This document shows, piece by piece, positions 12,770 through 23,149 of a stretch of 64,000 bases of DNA. The DNA lies in NCBI GenBank assembly GCA_963851225.1, contig CAWKON010000008.1, positions 56,653-120,652 of the forward strand, written 5' to 3'. The DNA is from an uncultured Alphaproteobacteria bacterium. GTDB lineage: Bacteria; Pseudomonadota; Alphaproteobacteria; Rhizobiales; Beijerinckiaceae. The notes under the pieces were generated by a model that had not been told where the DNA came from, did not search any database, and saw nothing but the letters and a program-made list of their open reading frames with translations. Each line of letters begins with the position of its first letter. The first letter of the stretch is position 1. A program made the translations under genes and the position numbers.

Positions 12770-13108
12770 TCAGGTGTATGACCCCTGGTCCAAGCTCTCG
12801 ATAACTTCCAGCACCTTGTCGGTTCGTTGATCGTGGATCAGATCGATGGCACGTTGCCCGCCAAGGAGACGATGTTTCGCGTAAAGCCAGACCCGAATTT
12901 CTTCCGGGGTGTAAAGCTCCGATAACTGGTCCACCACGTATCTTAGGTCGGAGATGATTAGCTGCGTCTTCGGGTGCGGAAGTGCTGCCCCGGATGTCCA
13001 CCGAGATACGGTCGCCGGCGAAACGGCGGCGATGTTTGCAACATCCACGCCTTTCAATCCGCCCCGCTCTCGGAGGGTGTCGATGATTTGTGCGACCGCG
13101 CTAGTCAT
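12770..13108 (-). CDS. Xre-family antitoxin with DUF2384-type toxin-binding C-terminal domain (MbcA/ParS-like)
   Basis: N-terminal HTH (GVDVANIAAVSPATVSRW) and C-terminal VWLYAKHRLLGGQRAIDLI...VLEVIESLDQG motif. The start is taken at MTSAVAQII. Confidence 0.75.
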   Translation of the reverse strand: MTSAVAQIIDTLRERGGLKGVDVANIAAVSPATVSRWTSGAALPHPKTQLIISDLRYVVDQLSELYTPEEIRVWLYAKHRLLGGQRAIDLIHDQRTDKVLEVIESLDQGSYT

Positions 13109-13109
13109 G

Positions 13110-14398
13110 TCAGCGGCCCATGACCGCGTTGATTGAACTCGACCCACTCCGGAAGGTAAGCGGTCTGGATCGTGTCGGCTCGCAATCTCTTGCTTGAAGA
13201 TCGCCCAACGCGTCGCGCAGCCTGATCAGGCGCTTCTTCGCATCCAAGACGAGCTTGACGACTTTCTCATCGGGCAACTTAAGCTGGGTAATTTGGCGAG
13301 CCGACCTGACGGCAGGATCTATGTGACGTAGCACCAGATGCTCCGCACGACACGGTTCAGGCACTCGCGAGAGATCTTCGAGCTGGTGACTACGCCGGGT
13401 CAACATATGCGCGTCCGAATGCTCGATCTGATCTTCGCGACGGGGGCAGCAGCTGGTGTCCGTACAGCCGACACGTGGCTTTCCCCCTTTCACCGCGAAC
13501 ACCGCGTTAAGTTGTTCTTCGGTGAGATATCGATCGAGATCAGGAATGTAAATCCGAGTTCCAAGCCCTCCGCCTCCACTTGATTGAGGCCGTTTCCACT
13601 GATTAGCTTGAAAGCTCTCCTTTTGACAGACGCCGTGGCTGATACCCGCGACGGCTCCGAACGCAGCAGCAGCGAGCCCTGCGAAACCGCCGGCCGCGTC
13701 TGCGACCAACGGCCGCCCGGTCGCATGAAGGTCTCGGACGGACTGATATATGCCCGAGTGCCAGCTCCGGTCGCGGTCGCCCCAAACCCAGAAATCTTTA
13801 GCCAAACATTTTGGATGGGAAGATTTTCCACGACAGAGATGATTTTCTCACGCCCTCTCGGATCTCGAAGCAGGCTATTAGATGTGATCACTTGGTAGTC
13901 AATCGCGATGCCAGAGCCGCCATTCCGGTCGAGCTCCAGTCGCAACGCATCACAGAGTGTGCGATCAACGGCCCACCAATCGTCGTCCAATGTCTCGACG
14001 AGGTTGCTGGGAGCCAGCACTGCATCGACGCCGTGTTTGATCGCGAATTCTGCGATGAGACGGGCAGGGTTGAGATTGCTTCTGCGGCCGAAATCACTCG
14101 CTTTCCACGGAGTGTCCGCGTTGGCCCACGGCAGCTTCCTCACGCTGGAATCAAAGCCGCCAACTGTCGCCATCTCGGCAAAATTCGGATCCAGAACGGT
14201 CTCGCAACCGCTCGTCTTTAGTGCCTTAAGCAGCTCGATCTGTTTACCAATGTGTCCAGCGTCAAATACGAATTTATTAAACCTCAACTTTCCAGAAGCA
14301 TGCAGCGCTTCAATCCTGCGATGGCCCGTATGTCCGATTCGAAGGAATCCGCCAATGACAGAGGGCTGGGGGTGAAGGACGTGAACAGTGGCGACCAT
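13110..14398 (-). CDS. hypothetical ~430-aa protein, first gene of the Xre/RES operon (one frameshift ~13500-13800); C-terminal Cys cluster GCTDTSCC
   Basis: Two overlapping ORFs (13490..14398 and 13110..13805) read through collinearly. The stop overlaps the antitoxin start by 1 nt on the same strand. No domain is recognisable by eye. Confidence 0.5.
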
Positions 14399-14706
14399 GT
14401 TAATCTCCTGACCAAGCGATTATGTACGTTTTTGTTGCACAAATGTCAAGATATGAAACAAAAACGTAGACATCTCACCGTGCCAGCGTGACCGAGTTGT
14501 CCCACTTCGCCGCCGGTACAAGACGAGCCTTGATGGCCAAGTGCGGGGGAGGCGACACGAAAATGCTATTTTTGAATGGCTCAATGGGAAACGGAGCATC
14601 CACGCGATGAAACTGAAACGGGTGTCGTCAGCGAACTCGCGCACGGGACATCCTCGGCTATTTGCTACCCCTGGCGGCGCGGTTTTCGAGATGGAGGCGA
14701 GGTAAA

Positions 14707-16038
14707 ATGGCGGCCTTTGACGAGCTCATTCAGGAAATCGACCAGCGGTTCTCTCTCGGGCCAAAGGCCAATCTGCTTGTTCAAGAGATAGCCGGCTTAA
14801 TCACCGGACAGCCGGGCGGTATGGAAAGCTTCCTCGATAAGTTCAAGGCCGCCGGTTTCGCCACCGAGGTTAATTCCTGGTCGGCTGGAACTGAGATTGT
14901 CCCGCTTTTGGGACAAGAGGTAGAGCAGACGCTAGGCTCCGACACGATTAGCGAGATTGCCAAAAAAGCCGACATTAGCCAAAGCTTTGCTAGAACGATT
15001 ATGGGCGATGCAATACCCAAAATCGTCGTCCTGCTGGCAAAAGGCGAAGCAATCCCTCCCGCCGTTCCTGCTTCGGAATCGCTTGCCCTCGACTCGGCCA
15101 TCCCGCTTCCATCTTCCCCAGTCGAGGAAATCACGCAGCCTTCCCCCGTCGAGGAAATCACGCAGCCCGTAGCAGAGCAAATTCGACCGAGCATAACGGA
15201 CCGCTTTGCCGCAGCCCCGCAAAAACCGACGCCGCGCTTCAAGCAGCTTTTCCGCTATGGTTCCCGCGCGGCCCTGGCCACCGGTCTTTTTGGGATCGCG
15301 TGGTTGGCAGGGTCGTATTATTCCGGTGAACATTGGCCCTTTGACGCCATTAAGGCCCCGCCTGCCGCGACGCAAGAGAGTTTGGCGCGTACGGAGATGC
15401 TCCGCGCGACGCAAGAAATAACCGAGGACATCCGGGGTCTCAAAGCCGACGTAGAGGCCTTGCGCGCCGCGCAGAGCCAGTCCGGGAATGATGCCACCGC
15501 GCTCGAGGGCCTGAAGACGCGTCTGGATGCGGTGAAGGCCGAAACTGGCTCCTCGATCGCCGAGCTTACGAGTAAGGTCGAGAGCTTGCAGCGCGAGCCA
15601 GAGGCGAACCTGTCCCAAATTGTCGAGCGGCTCGACCGCATTGAGCACCAGATCGCGGGATCGCCCACGACCGCATCGATCGGCGCCACCGCCGCCCCAG
15701 GAAAGGCGGCCGCCGGAATTGCGGCGCAACAAAGAAAAATAGGCGGCCGCGGCGACGCGTTCGATCCGTCCAAAAATCCAACTGCCCCCGGAGCTCCCCA
15801 CCCGCTGGGTAGCCTTGCATCGGCGAGCACGCCGCATTTGCTCACGAATTGGGTTGTCCGTGATGTTTACAATGGGATTGCTCTCGTCGAGAGTCCGCGT
15901 GGCTCAATCGAGGTCTCGCCGGGAGAGATCATCCCTGGCGCGGGCACGGTGCAATCGATCGAAAGGCGCGGCGCCGGCTGGATTGTGATCACGAGTCGCG
16001 GCCTTATCGATTCCGACCGCACTAGTTTCCATCCCTGA
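14707..16038 (+). CDS. YidB/DUF937 N-terminal domain protein with PVEEITQ tandem repeat, one TM helix, coiled-coil region and C-terminal beta-rich domain
   Basis: The N-terminus (LDKFKAAGFATEVNSWSAGTEIVPLLGQEVEQTLGSDTISEIAKKADIS) matches the DUF937 pattern. A hydrophobic segment (ALATGLFGIAWLAGSYY) follows. A heptad-like region precedes a repetitive C-terminus. The RBS is GAGGTaaaATG at 14707. Confidence 0.6.
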   Translation: MAAFDELIQEIDQRFSLGPKANLLVQEIAGLITGQPGGMESFLDKFKAAGFATEVNSWSAGTEIVPLLGQEVEQTLGSDTISEIAKKADISQSFARTIMGDAIPKIVVLLAKGEAIPPAVPASESLALDSAIPLPSSPVEEITQPSPVEEITQPVAEQIRPSITDRFAAAPQKPTPRFKQLFRYGSRAALATGLFGIAWLAGSYYSGEHWPFDAIKAPPAATQESLARTEMLRATQEITEDIRGLKADVEALRAAQSQSGNDATALEGLKTRLDAVKAETGSSIAELTSKVESLQREPEANLSQIVERLDRIEHQIAGSPTTASIGATAAPGKAAAGIAAQQRKIGGRGDAFDPSKNPTAPGAPHPLGSLASASTPHLLTNWVVRDVYNGIALVESPRGSIEVSPGEIIPGAGTVQSIERRGAGWIVITSRGLIDSDRTSFHP

Positions 16039-16368
16039 TACCTGCCGCTCCTTGCGCCTCGTTGATATGCGTTCAATGCCTGCATCGAAGGAAGCAACAT
16101 GAAGTCGCACAGCCTCGGCGGCGGCCGGGCGGGGAAGCAATCGTGATACAGTTCCTTCGCGTGCTCCAAGAATTTTGATGGCATAAGAATTGTGCCGGCA
16201 GACCATTAAGGGGCTCGCGGACGTGGTCAAGGTTGCGCAGCGCCCACTGGGGGGACGAGATGAAACCGATGAACGTCCGGCAACAACGATCCCCGGACAT
16301 GAACAAGATTGACAAGTCCAAGGCCAGCGCTGGCGCCGCGAAGGCGCGCGCGGCAGACCGCCAAGCCA

Positions 16369-17920
16369 ATGCGCACCCGCCAATCGGCCGAGGCCAAATT
16401 TGCGGAGCTCAAACGCCGCTTGCTCGAAATCAACGATCTTGCGGCGGCGGGGGCGGTGCTCGGCTGGGACCAATCCACCTATATGCCGGAAGGCGGCGCT
16501 CCCGCGCGGGCACGACAAGGCGCAATGCTCAGCAGGCTCGCGCATGAAAAATCGGTCGATCCGGACTTAGGCAAACTGCTCGACGCGCTTGCATCCTATG
16601 CCGCCGGTTTGCCGTATGATTGCGATGAGGCAAGCCTGATACGGATCGCCCGGCGCGACTTCGAGAAGGCGATCAAGCTGCCGAGCGCCTATGTTGCCCG
16701 GGCGAGCGCGTTCGCTTCCGCTCTTATGATGCGTGGACGCGGGCGAGGCCAGCGAACGACTTTGCAACCATGCTGCCATTTTTGGAACAGGCGGTCGAAC
16801 TTAGCCGTGAATACGCTTGCTTTTTCGCGCCTTATAAGCATATCGCCGACCCTCTGATTGATGCCGCTGAGGAAGGCATGACGACTGCTGACAATCCGCT
16901 CTCTCTTTGCCGGACTGAGGAGCGAATTGATACCGATCGTGCGCGCCATTTCCGATCAGCCGGCTCCCAGCGACGATTGTCTGCGCGGTTCCTTCAGCGA
17001 GCAAAAGCAGCTCGATTTCAGCCTTTCCGTGGTCAAGCAGTTCGGCTACGATACCCACCGTGGAAGGCTCGACAAAACCCATCATCCTTTCTGCACAAAA
17101 TTCTCCGCAGGCGATGTCCGGATTACCACTCGCATCGACGAGAAGCATTTCGGCGATGCGCTATTTTCGACCATGCACGAAGCGGGTCATGCCCTGTACG
17201 AGCAAGGTGTCGCCGCTTCGCTTGAAGGCACGCCGCTAGGATCGGGAACATCCGCGGGCGTGCACGAGAGCCAGTCGCGGCTTTGGGAAAATGTCGCTGG
17301 CCGCGGCCGCCCGTTCTGGGAGCATTTTTACCCGGTTCTGCGGGATCGTTTTCCAGATCAGTTCCGGCGGACAGGATTCGAGACCTTTTACCGCGCGATC
17401 AACAAGGTGTGAACGCTCCTTGATCCGCACCGATGCCGACGAGGTCACCTATAATCTGCATATCATGATGCGTTTCGATCTGGAGCTGGAATTGCTCGAA
17501 GGCAAACTCCGCGTCAAGGATCTCCCCGAAGCCTGGCGCGCCCGCATGCAAGCCGATCTCGGCATTGCTCCCGGGGACGACCGAGATGGCTGTCTGCAAG
17601 ACGTGCATTGGTATGGCGGCACCGTCGGCGGCGGATTTCAGAGCTATACCATCGGCAATATTCTCAGCGCGCAGTTTTATGCCGCCGCGGTCAAAGCGCA
17701 TCCCGAAATTCCGCATGAAATTGCGAAGGGGGAGTTCGCATCGCTGCATGGCTGGCTCCGCGAACATCTCTACCAGCACGGGCGGAAGTTTCTGCCCGAT
17801 GAGCTTGTAGCGCGGGCGGCATCCGGCCCGATGAGCACAAAACCCTATCTAGCTTATCTTCACGCGAAATATGGCGAGCTTTACCGTCTAGATTTGGCTC
17901 CCCTTCCCGAACACTTATAG
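16369..17920 (+). pseudogene. M32 carboxypeptidase (Taq-like zinc carboxypeptidase), split over 4 ORFs (>=3 frameshifts)
   Basis: The pieces LGWDQSTYMPEGGAPARARQ, SYDAWTRARPANDFATMLPFLEQ, HHPFCTKFSAGDVRITTRIDE, the HEAGHALYEQG zinc motif and DVHWYGGTVGGGFQSYTIGNILSAQ are consecutive but lie in different frames. Confidence 0.8.
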
Positions 17921-18243
17921 AATTCCGTGCCTTGCGCCGCAGCCGGATTTTATGCGCGTCTTGGAAGACGTTCGCTTGCCGCATAGAATGGGACTCGTGA
18001 ACTTCGTGAACGTGGGCTTGGACAGTTTTGCAGCGTCCGCTTTGGAACTGCAATCGGCCGTCGTTAGCAGAGTGCAGCATTTCCTGGGATGCGCCATGGG
18101 CAGCCATATACGGTTGCCGCGGATAGCGCCGCGCGCAAGAAATTAAACCAATGCCGCGAAAAAGCCGCGTCACTTCATCAACGCGACCATCTCATTCTGT
18201 ATCTTCGGCCGCAAAAGCTCCGTTGGATCTCAGTCCCGCCGAA

Positions 18244-19902
18244 TTAATCGCCGCTTGGTTGCTGCAGCTTCTCCAGCGCCTGATCAATCGTGAAGCTCGC
18301 CGCCTTCTGCCGGGGAGGATAGTCCTTGAAGGTTGCCAGGAAGTTGCCAATATAGGTTTGTGCTGGGACCAGCATGAAAGCGTGGTCGAGCAGCCAGTCG
18401 TAGTAGGTGTTTGACGTGATATCCGCGCGCTCATAGGGGTCAAGCCGGAGATTATAGATCAGCGGCACGCGCAAATGGGTGAAAGGCTCCGACCATACCC
18501 GCAGGGTTCCTGGCGCCCTTTGTTCCGCGAAGACGAATTTCCAGTTGTCGTAGCGCAGAGCCGTCAGGTCGCCGTCATCGGAGAAATAGAAGAACTCCTT
18601 GCGCGGGTCCTTTTTCTCCTCTCCCGTGAGGTATGGCAAAAGATTATAACCGTCGAGATGGACCTTATAGGTCGTCTCTCCCGCCCTGTAACCGTTGAGC
18701 AGTTTTTCCTTGATATCGGGCACGCCCGCCATCGCAAGCAGCGTCGGCAGCCAATCGAGGTGCGACACGATCTCGTTCGACACGGAGCCAGGCTTGATCT
18801 TACCCGGCCAGCGAACCATCGCTGGTACCCGATAAGCGCCTTCCCAGTTCGAGTTCTTTTCGTTGCGGAAAGGCGTCATTGCCGCATCCGGCCACGAGTT
18901 CATGTGCGGGCCATTGTCGGTGGAATAAAAAACCAAGGTGTTCTCCTCGATCCCCAGTTCCTTCAGCTTGGCGAGCACCGTGCCAACGTTCTTGTCATGA
19001 TCGACCATCGTGTCGGCGTAAGGCCCGAGCCAGCGTCCGGTCTGACCTAAGCTCTCTGGCTTGGTATGGGTACGGAAATGCATATGGGTGAAATTCACCC
19101 AAAGGAAAACAGGCTTGCCGGCCTTCACCTGTTTTTCGAGGAAACCAGCCGAGCGCGCGGCGATGTCGTCGTCGATCGTCTCCATTCGCTTCTTGGTCAA
19201 AGGCCCGGTGTCTTCGATCTTCTGCGTTCCATCTGGATTGGCGAAGCTGTGAATTACTCCTCTAGGACCGAAGTTCTTACGGAAATTTGGAAAATCTGGA
19301 TCGTTTGGCTTCGGATAATCGGGAAGCTCCGGCTCTTCTTCGGCGTTGAGGTGATAAAGATTGCCGTAGAACTCGTCGAAACCATGCGCGGTCGGCAGCA
19401 TCTCATCCTTATCGCCGAGGTGATTTTTGCCAAACTGGCCGGTGGCATAGCCTTGAGCTTTCAGCAATTCGGCGATGGTTGGATCTTCCTTGCGCAGACC
19501 GAGATCGGCACCCGGCAGGCCGACTTTGCTGAGGCCGGTTCGGAACACGCTTTGTCCTGTGATGAACGCCGAACGACCCGCGGTGCAGCTCTGTTCTCCA
19601 TAATAATCGGTGAAGATCATCCCATCCGTGGCGATGGAGTCGATGTTGGGCGTGCGGTAGCCCATCAATCCATTGGTATAGGCACTAATGTCGGATTGAC
19701 CGATGTCGTCGCCCCAGATGATGACGATGTTGGGTTTGACCGAATCCTGAATCTTTGCGGGTGAAGGCGCCGGCGATGAAGCGCCGGCGGGTGCAGGCGG
19801 CGATTTCGTTTTCTTTGGCAGCTGCGCAAAAGCCGGCGAAGCCATCGCAGCGATGACGACGACGAGGATCTGCCATCTGACCAAACGATGTATTGACCCC
19901 AT
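18244..19902 (-). CDS. arylsulfatase (type I sulfatase) with Sec signal peptide; active-site motif C-T-A-G-R (Ala in place of the usual Pro)
   Basis: PNIVIIWGDDIGQSDIS...SCTAGRSAFITGQ is the sulfatase signature region. The signal peptide is MGSIHRLVRWQILVVVIAAMASPAFA. Length is ~550 aa. Confidence 0.85.
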   Translation of the reverse strand: MGSIHRLVRWQILVVVIAAMASPAFAQLPKKTKSPPAPAGASSPAPSPAKIQDSVKPNIVIIWGDDIGQSDISAYTNGLMGYRTPNIDSIATDGMIFTDYYGEQSCTAGRSAFITGQSVFRTGLSKVGLPGADLGLRKEDPTIAELLKAQGYATGQFGKNHLGDKDEMLPTAHGFDEFYGNLYHLNAEEEPELPDYPKPNDPDFPNFRKNFGPRGVIHSFANPDGTQKIEDTGPLTKKRMETIDDDIAARSAGFLEKQVKAGKPVFLWVNFTHMHFRTHTKPESLGQTGRWLGPYADTMVDHDKNVGTVLAKLKELGIEENTLVFYSTDNGPHMNSWPDAAMTPFRNEKNSNWEGAYRVPAMVRWPGKIKPGSVSNEIVSHLDWLPTLLAMAGVPDIKEKLLNGYRAGETTYKVHLDGYNLLPYLTGEEKKDPRKEFFYFSDDGDLTALRYDNWKFVFAEQRAPGTLRVWSEPFTHLRVPLIYNLRLDPYERADITSNTYYDWLLDHAFMLVPAQTYIGNFLATFKDYPPRQKAASFTIDQALEKLQQPSGD

Positions 19903-20004
19903 GAATTTTCTCCGTGCCGGTCTGGCCCCGACACCGAGTACGCTCAGATGCCAATGATCGCGCGTTCTTGACAAAATAGCAATTTTGCGAGGATTGTATG
20001 CGAA

Positions 20005-20997
20005 ATGGATGCTCGCCCGCTGAGGTCGGCGATCATGCTAGGCAAAACACTGGCGAAGGACTTGTCCGTCGGCGCCGCCGCATGCGGAAAGTCGAAGGTT
20101 CCGGTTTGCGTAAAATATGTTCAGATTCGCCCAATCATTTTCCAAATTGGCTTCGTCGCGGCTTGGATATCTGGATCGGCGTTGGCGATAGCCGACCCTT
20201 CCGGCGAAGACTCAAAGCAAGAACCTACTACCAGTCAAGATACTTCCGATGCATCGGATAGCACCAACAACGGCAGCGACATCACGCGGCCTCAAAATTC
20301 TTTCGAAATGCGTTTAAACGACCGGACCGCCGCGAGCCCCGCAAGCCAAACAAAGCGTGACACCCTGATCTTGCGGCTGAACAGCAAAGTGACCTTCGAT
20401 GATGGCTGGAAGCTCGCAGTTTTGGCGCAACTTCCCGTGGGGACGGTGTCGACGACGACGTTCGACCCTTTGGGTTCGGATCAGGTGTTCGGCGCCGGGG
20501 GGCCTGTATTTCAAGCCATAATCGCGCACGCGATCAACGAGCGCTGGGCCTTTGGCGTCGGCGCACGGCTTGTCGCGCGATCAATTAGCGACGATGTGGG
20601 CAATGAGAAATGGCAAATCATGCCTGGGTTTGGCGTGCGCTATTCAATCCTCGAATGGGGAACGGACAGCTATTTCGTACCAGCTGTGCGCTACGCAATG
20701 AGCTTTGCTGGCGATCCATCGGCACGAAGAATCAGTGAGCCGCAGTTCGCTCCGACTTTGAACATTGACTTGCCTGGGCGCTGGTTTCTTACGTTCTATC
20801 CGAGTTACGATATACGCATCAATTTTGGCGCTCCGAAAGCCGGACAAACGGGGCTGCTTTTTCTCCCCTTTGATGGTCTGATCGGCGTAAAATTGACAGA
20901 CAATCTGCAAATCTCTCTCGAAATCGGCGTGCCCATTATCAAGGAATATCCTGTCTACAACTTCAAGACCGAGGCGCGGGTCGTAGTGTCGTTCTGA
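20005..20997 (+). CDS. outer-membrane beta-barrel protein (putative MetA-pathway/phenol-degradation-type OM transporter family); start uncertain
   Basis: The signal-like segment is IIFQIGFVAAWISGSALA. Amphipathic beta-strand pattern. Ends in an aromatic residue (YNFKTEARVVVSF). A Ser/Asp/Thr-rich linker follows the signal peptide. Confidence 0.55.
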   Translation: MDARPLRSAIMLGKTLAKDLSVGAAACGKSKVPVCVKYVQIRPIIFQIGFVAAWISGSALAIADPSGEDSKQEPTTSQDTSDASDSTNNGSDITRPQNSFEMRLNDRTAASPASQTKRDTLILRLNSKVTFDDGWKLAVLAQLPVGTVSTTTFDPLGSDQVFGAGGPVFQAIIAHAINERWAFGVGARLVARSISDDVGNEKWQIMPGFGVRYSILEWGTDSYFVPAVRYAMSFAGDPSARRISEPQFAPTLNIDLPGRWFLTFYPSYDIRINFGAPKAGQTGLLFLPFDGLIGVKLTDNLQISLEIGVPIIKEYPVYNFKTEARVVVSF

Positions 20998-21182
20998 AGT
21001 TGCTGCCTTGTTCGACTACCGCTCCAAAGGCCCATTGCGGGCTCCCGTCGTCGCCGACCGGAACTCCGTCCTTTGGCTGAGGCCGGTGCAATACCAGCGT
21101 AGGCCGGCTGTGGCGGGGCGGTAGTCCAGTCTGCTGCCGTCGCTGTGTCCAAAGCTCATACGATTTCAACGGGAGGCGTCCA

Positions 21183-21575
21183 ATGACCTTCGATCGATTG
21201 CTATTCTGGTCCGGCGTCTGGAACGTCGCTCTCGGTCTCATCCTGATTACACCACCGATTACACATTTGCTCGGAATCCAAATCCCCAATCCCTTCTGGC
21301 CATGGATCGTTACGGGATTTCTCTGGTACACGTCTGCGACTCTCATTCTGAGTTCTCATGACGTAGGGAATTTCGCTACCGTCGTATATTGGGAGGCGTT
21401 ATTGCGCTTTTTTGCAGTGGCTGTCTTATGCATTTATGGATTCACATTTGTGGGCATATTACCGTCCGCATTGTTTGCGATCACAGACTTTGTTTGGGGC
21501 GTCATTTACATCATGGGATTGCGTCGCGTGACTGGACGCTCCCATCTATCGATCTTATTAAATCGCCGCGTTTAG
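21183..21575 (+). CDS. small integral membrane protein (4 predicted TM helices), hypothetical
   Basis: RBS GGGAGGcgtccaATG. Four hydrophobic ~20-aa segments. Confidence 0.5.
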   Translation: MTFDRLLFWSGVWNVALGLILITPPITHLLGIQIPNPFWPWIVTGFLWYTSATLILSSHDVGNFATVVYWEALLRFFAVAVLCIYGFTFVGILPSALFAITDFVWGVIYIMGLRRVTGRSHLSILLNRRV

Positions 21576-21665
21576 AGGCCGCAGATTAGACCTCACAATG
21601 CCGAACAAAGCACAAAATCCTAAACCTGCGCAGGCCTTCAGCTTTCACCGGCAACAATAGGATCC

Positions 21666-21926
21666 ATGATTAAACACGCGAAAATCTTAGCCGTGTTTAC
21701 GATATGGCTGGCGCTGCTGCCCGGCTACGCAGAACAGTCGAGCAACGCTGAAAGCCGGATCACGGCCATCGACATTGCGCTGGATCCGGACGCAACGATG
21801 ATCCAGCACGCGCAGGCGGACAATGCGCGCCTGCTTAAGGCTTATCCGCAAAAAGGCGAGGGCGTCCCGATAGAAGTGTCGAAAAAGGACCAGCCATGTC
21901 ACCTAATCCTTCCTTCTTTGGGGTAA
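21666..21926 (+). CDS. small secreted hypothetical protein (signal peptide ...LLPGYA|EQ)
   Basis: ORF with an N-terminal signal peptide. No similarity recognised. It overlaps the start of the downstream HAD gene. Confidence 0.3.
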   Translation: MIKHAKILAVFTIWLALLPGYAEQSSNAESRITAIDIALDPDATMIQHAQADNARLLKAYPQKGEGVPIEVSKKDQPCHLILPSLG

Positions 21927-22930
21927 GCCGCCGGGTCCTGCTTTCTGCGCTAGCGGCGATTCCGGCATTGTCCTAACCGCTCCTTCCCTTGTCGGCACGA
22001 GCGCGGACAAGGGCGTCCGGCAGCCTGCTGCACTCGTGGAACGACGGCGCTGCCAAGCAGGCAATCCTGAATTTCGTGACCGCGGTTACGAGGAAAGGTT
22101 CGCCAGATTTTGTGCCGCCCGCCAAGCGCATCGCGACGTTCGACAACGACGGAACGTTGTGGGTGGAACATCCGATGTACGTTCAAATGGCATTCGCGCT
22201 CGATCGTGGGAAGGCGATGGCTCCGCTCCATCCGGAATGGACGGATCTGCAGCCGTTCAAGGCGGCGCTTGAAGGTGACATGAAAACTCTCGCCGAATCT
22301 GGCGAACACGGGATGATGGTACTCGTCATGGCAACCCATGCTGGCATGACCAATGAGGAATTCCAAAAGATTGTCGTTGACTGGTTCGCGACAGCACGCG
22401 ACGCGAGATTCGAGCGCGCATACACCGAACTCTCATATCTGCCGATGATCGAGCTGCTCTCCTATCTGCGCGTCAACGGATTCAAGACCTATATCGTCTC
22501 GGGAGGCGGCATCGAGTTCATGCGCCCGTGGACCGAGCGTGTCTACGGTGTGCCGCCGGAGCAAGTTGTGGGCTCGTCGATCAAGACGAAATTCCAGATG
22601 CGTGACGGCAGGCCGGAGCTGTTCCGATTGGCTGAGATGAATTTCGTCGATGATAGGGCCGGCAAGCCGGTCGGCATCAATGAGTACATCGGGCGCCGCC
22701 CGATCGCGGCATTCGGCAATTCCGACGGCGATCTCGAAATGCTGCAATAGACGACGATGTCCGGGGGCCCCCGCCTTGGCCTGATCATCCATCACACCAA
22801 TGCGGAACGCGAATACGCCTACGATCGGAACACATCCTTCGGGCGCCTCGACAAGGCCCTGGACGCCGCAGCTATGAATAAATGGGTTGTGGTCGATATG
22901 AAGAACGACTGGAAGCGCATCTTTGCCTTC
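21896..22930 (+). pseudogene. HAD-superfamily hydrolase/phosphatase with twin-arginine (Tat) signal; in-frame TAA after the signal peptide and a frameshift near 22745
   Basis: MSPNPSFFGVSRRVLLSALAAIPALS is followed by a TAA stop. In the same frame come FDNDGTLW (HAD motif I), YIVSGG and GNSDGD (motif IV). The C-terminal block VDMKNDWKRIFAFE lies in another frame. Confidence 0.6.
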
Positions 22931-23149
22931 GAATAACTTAGGTGTTTGATCCCGGGCTTTGATGGTGCATCCTTGTCGCAAGTCTGGAAGGATGCGCTAT
23001 GGGACAAGTTCTGCGCGGATGCGTCACCACGACGGAGTGTGAAATTGCATGGAATAAGGACCCCGCTTTGGGGGTGATTTGCATCCAATCGGGACCCTGG
23101 GGCTGAGGGTCCACAGTGGCCTCCTTGATTCTGGGAGGCCGAGATTGGA

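Noticed and set aside
15118-15168. tandem 24-nt direct repeat, considered as CRISPR-like or VNTR
   Set aside because: There are only two copies, they are in-frame (PVEEITQ x2) inside a coding sequence, and there are no spacers. No CRISPR array is present in the window.
14932-15837. 301-aa minus-strand ORF
   Set aside because: It is antisense to the YidB-like gene, Arg/Gly-rich and unsupported. The region is explained by the plus-strand gene.
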